In this document: positions 63,180 through 64,000 of the stretch, in pieces
Numbering within the stretch: the first letter of the stretch is position 1
Layout: each line of letters starts with the position of its first letter
Origin: Chrysomallon squamiferum
Lineage: Eukaryota; Animalia; Mollusca
NCBI GenBank assembly: GCA_012295275.1
Contig: CM022665.1
Coordinates: 29,450,001 to 29,514,000, forward strand
Direction of reading: 5' to 3'
Length of the DNA stretch: 64,000 bases
The notes under the pieces: generated by a model
The model's database searches: none
Seen by the model: only the letters and a program-made list of their open reading frames with translations
Told to the model about the DNA's origin: nothing
Made by a program: the position numbers and the translations under genes

Positions 63180-64000
63180 AATATACTTCTTCAAAAACAC
63201 TGATCTATAATTAAATTCTTATAAACTGTTAATTTTAAATACATGATTATCATGTTTCTGTCAGAAATAGAATACAGAATCTATTACATATTATAAACAG
63301 TGTTAAGCTCTGTATAAAATTATTATAAATGTGTTTTAAATAAAACAATCTATAAATATTTTTTTTAAATATTATAATACTAGGGGTGACAACTGTTTGA
63401 AAAGAAAATACTCTTCTAAAATATTTACTGTAAATTGTTCAGGATTTTAAGGTAACTGAGTGAAAATGATTACTATTAATATTATGCAAATTGGATAAAA
63501 AATAAAAAGCTGGATTAAAAAAAGGAATATAAATCAACTGTCTTAATTTATAATGATGTAATTACATAGTAATTATAATAATTAAAAACTTGTTTAAATA
63601 ATCAAACATTTAAGAAATGTAAATACTAAAATGAAGATTTTAAAATTATTTTCGTCAGCCAGGATAATATCGAGTCTTTAAAGTGGCTGAAACTGTTAGC
63701 ATACACTGGCACTGCAAGACTCTAGTCTTAGACAGGTGCCCAAACATGCCCAAGTATGCAAGTTACATTCCATTAATCCAGGATCAGATAACGGTAACGA
63801 CCACCATAATTACACACTACTTCTCACCTTTAGAGTCTGATTTCAAGTTATTAGATGTATCAATTAATGGATAAGTGTCATAAGTGTTAAAACAGTACTT
63901 TCCAGACGCACGCTCTTCAAGATTTGGCCTCGTTATTCAATACAACTTGGACATTTTAGACTGACGACATGCCTGGCTCACTAAAAGCAAAGCCACGAAA

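Overview
AT-rich, intron-containing metazoan genomic DNA. Degraded Nin-domain SINE copies suggest a mollusc, probably a gastropod (inference). Four genes were reconstructed exon by exon: the last 3 coding exons of SNRNP48 (+, to 3275); a complete mixed-lineage kinase MAP3K9/10/11-like gene (-, 8 coding exons, 996 aa); a 37-exon pecanex PCNX1-like gene (+, about 2178 aa) head-to-head with the MLK gene; and a PPM1A/B phosphatase (-, 382 aa form) converging on pecanex. Notable points: (1) the pecanex stop is UGA-C followed 9 nt later by an ~80-nt extended hairpin, resembling a readthrough cassette; (2) the MLK-pecanex divergent pair matches three human paralog pairs; (3) pecanex has a U12-type intron; (4) a conserved pecanex exon carries a 1-nt frameshift; (5) PPM1A/B has a cluster of candidate alternative C-terminal microexons. 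A decayed Tigger/pogo transposon, two MITEs, SINE relics and tandem repeats that duplicate splice donors are also present. No rRNA, tRNA or CRISPR array was seen.
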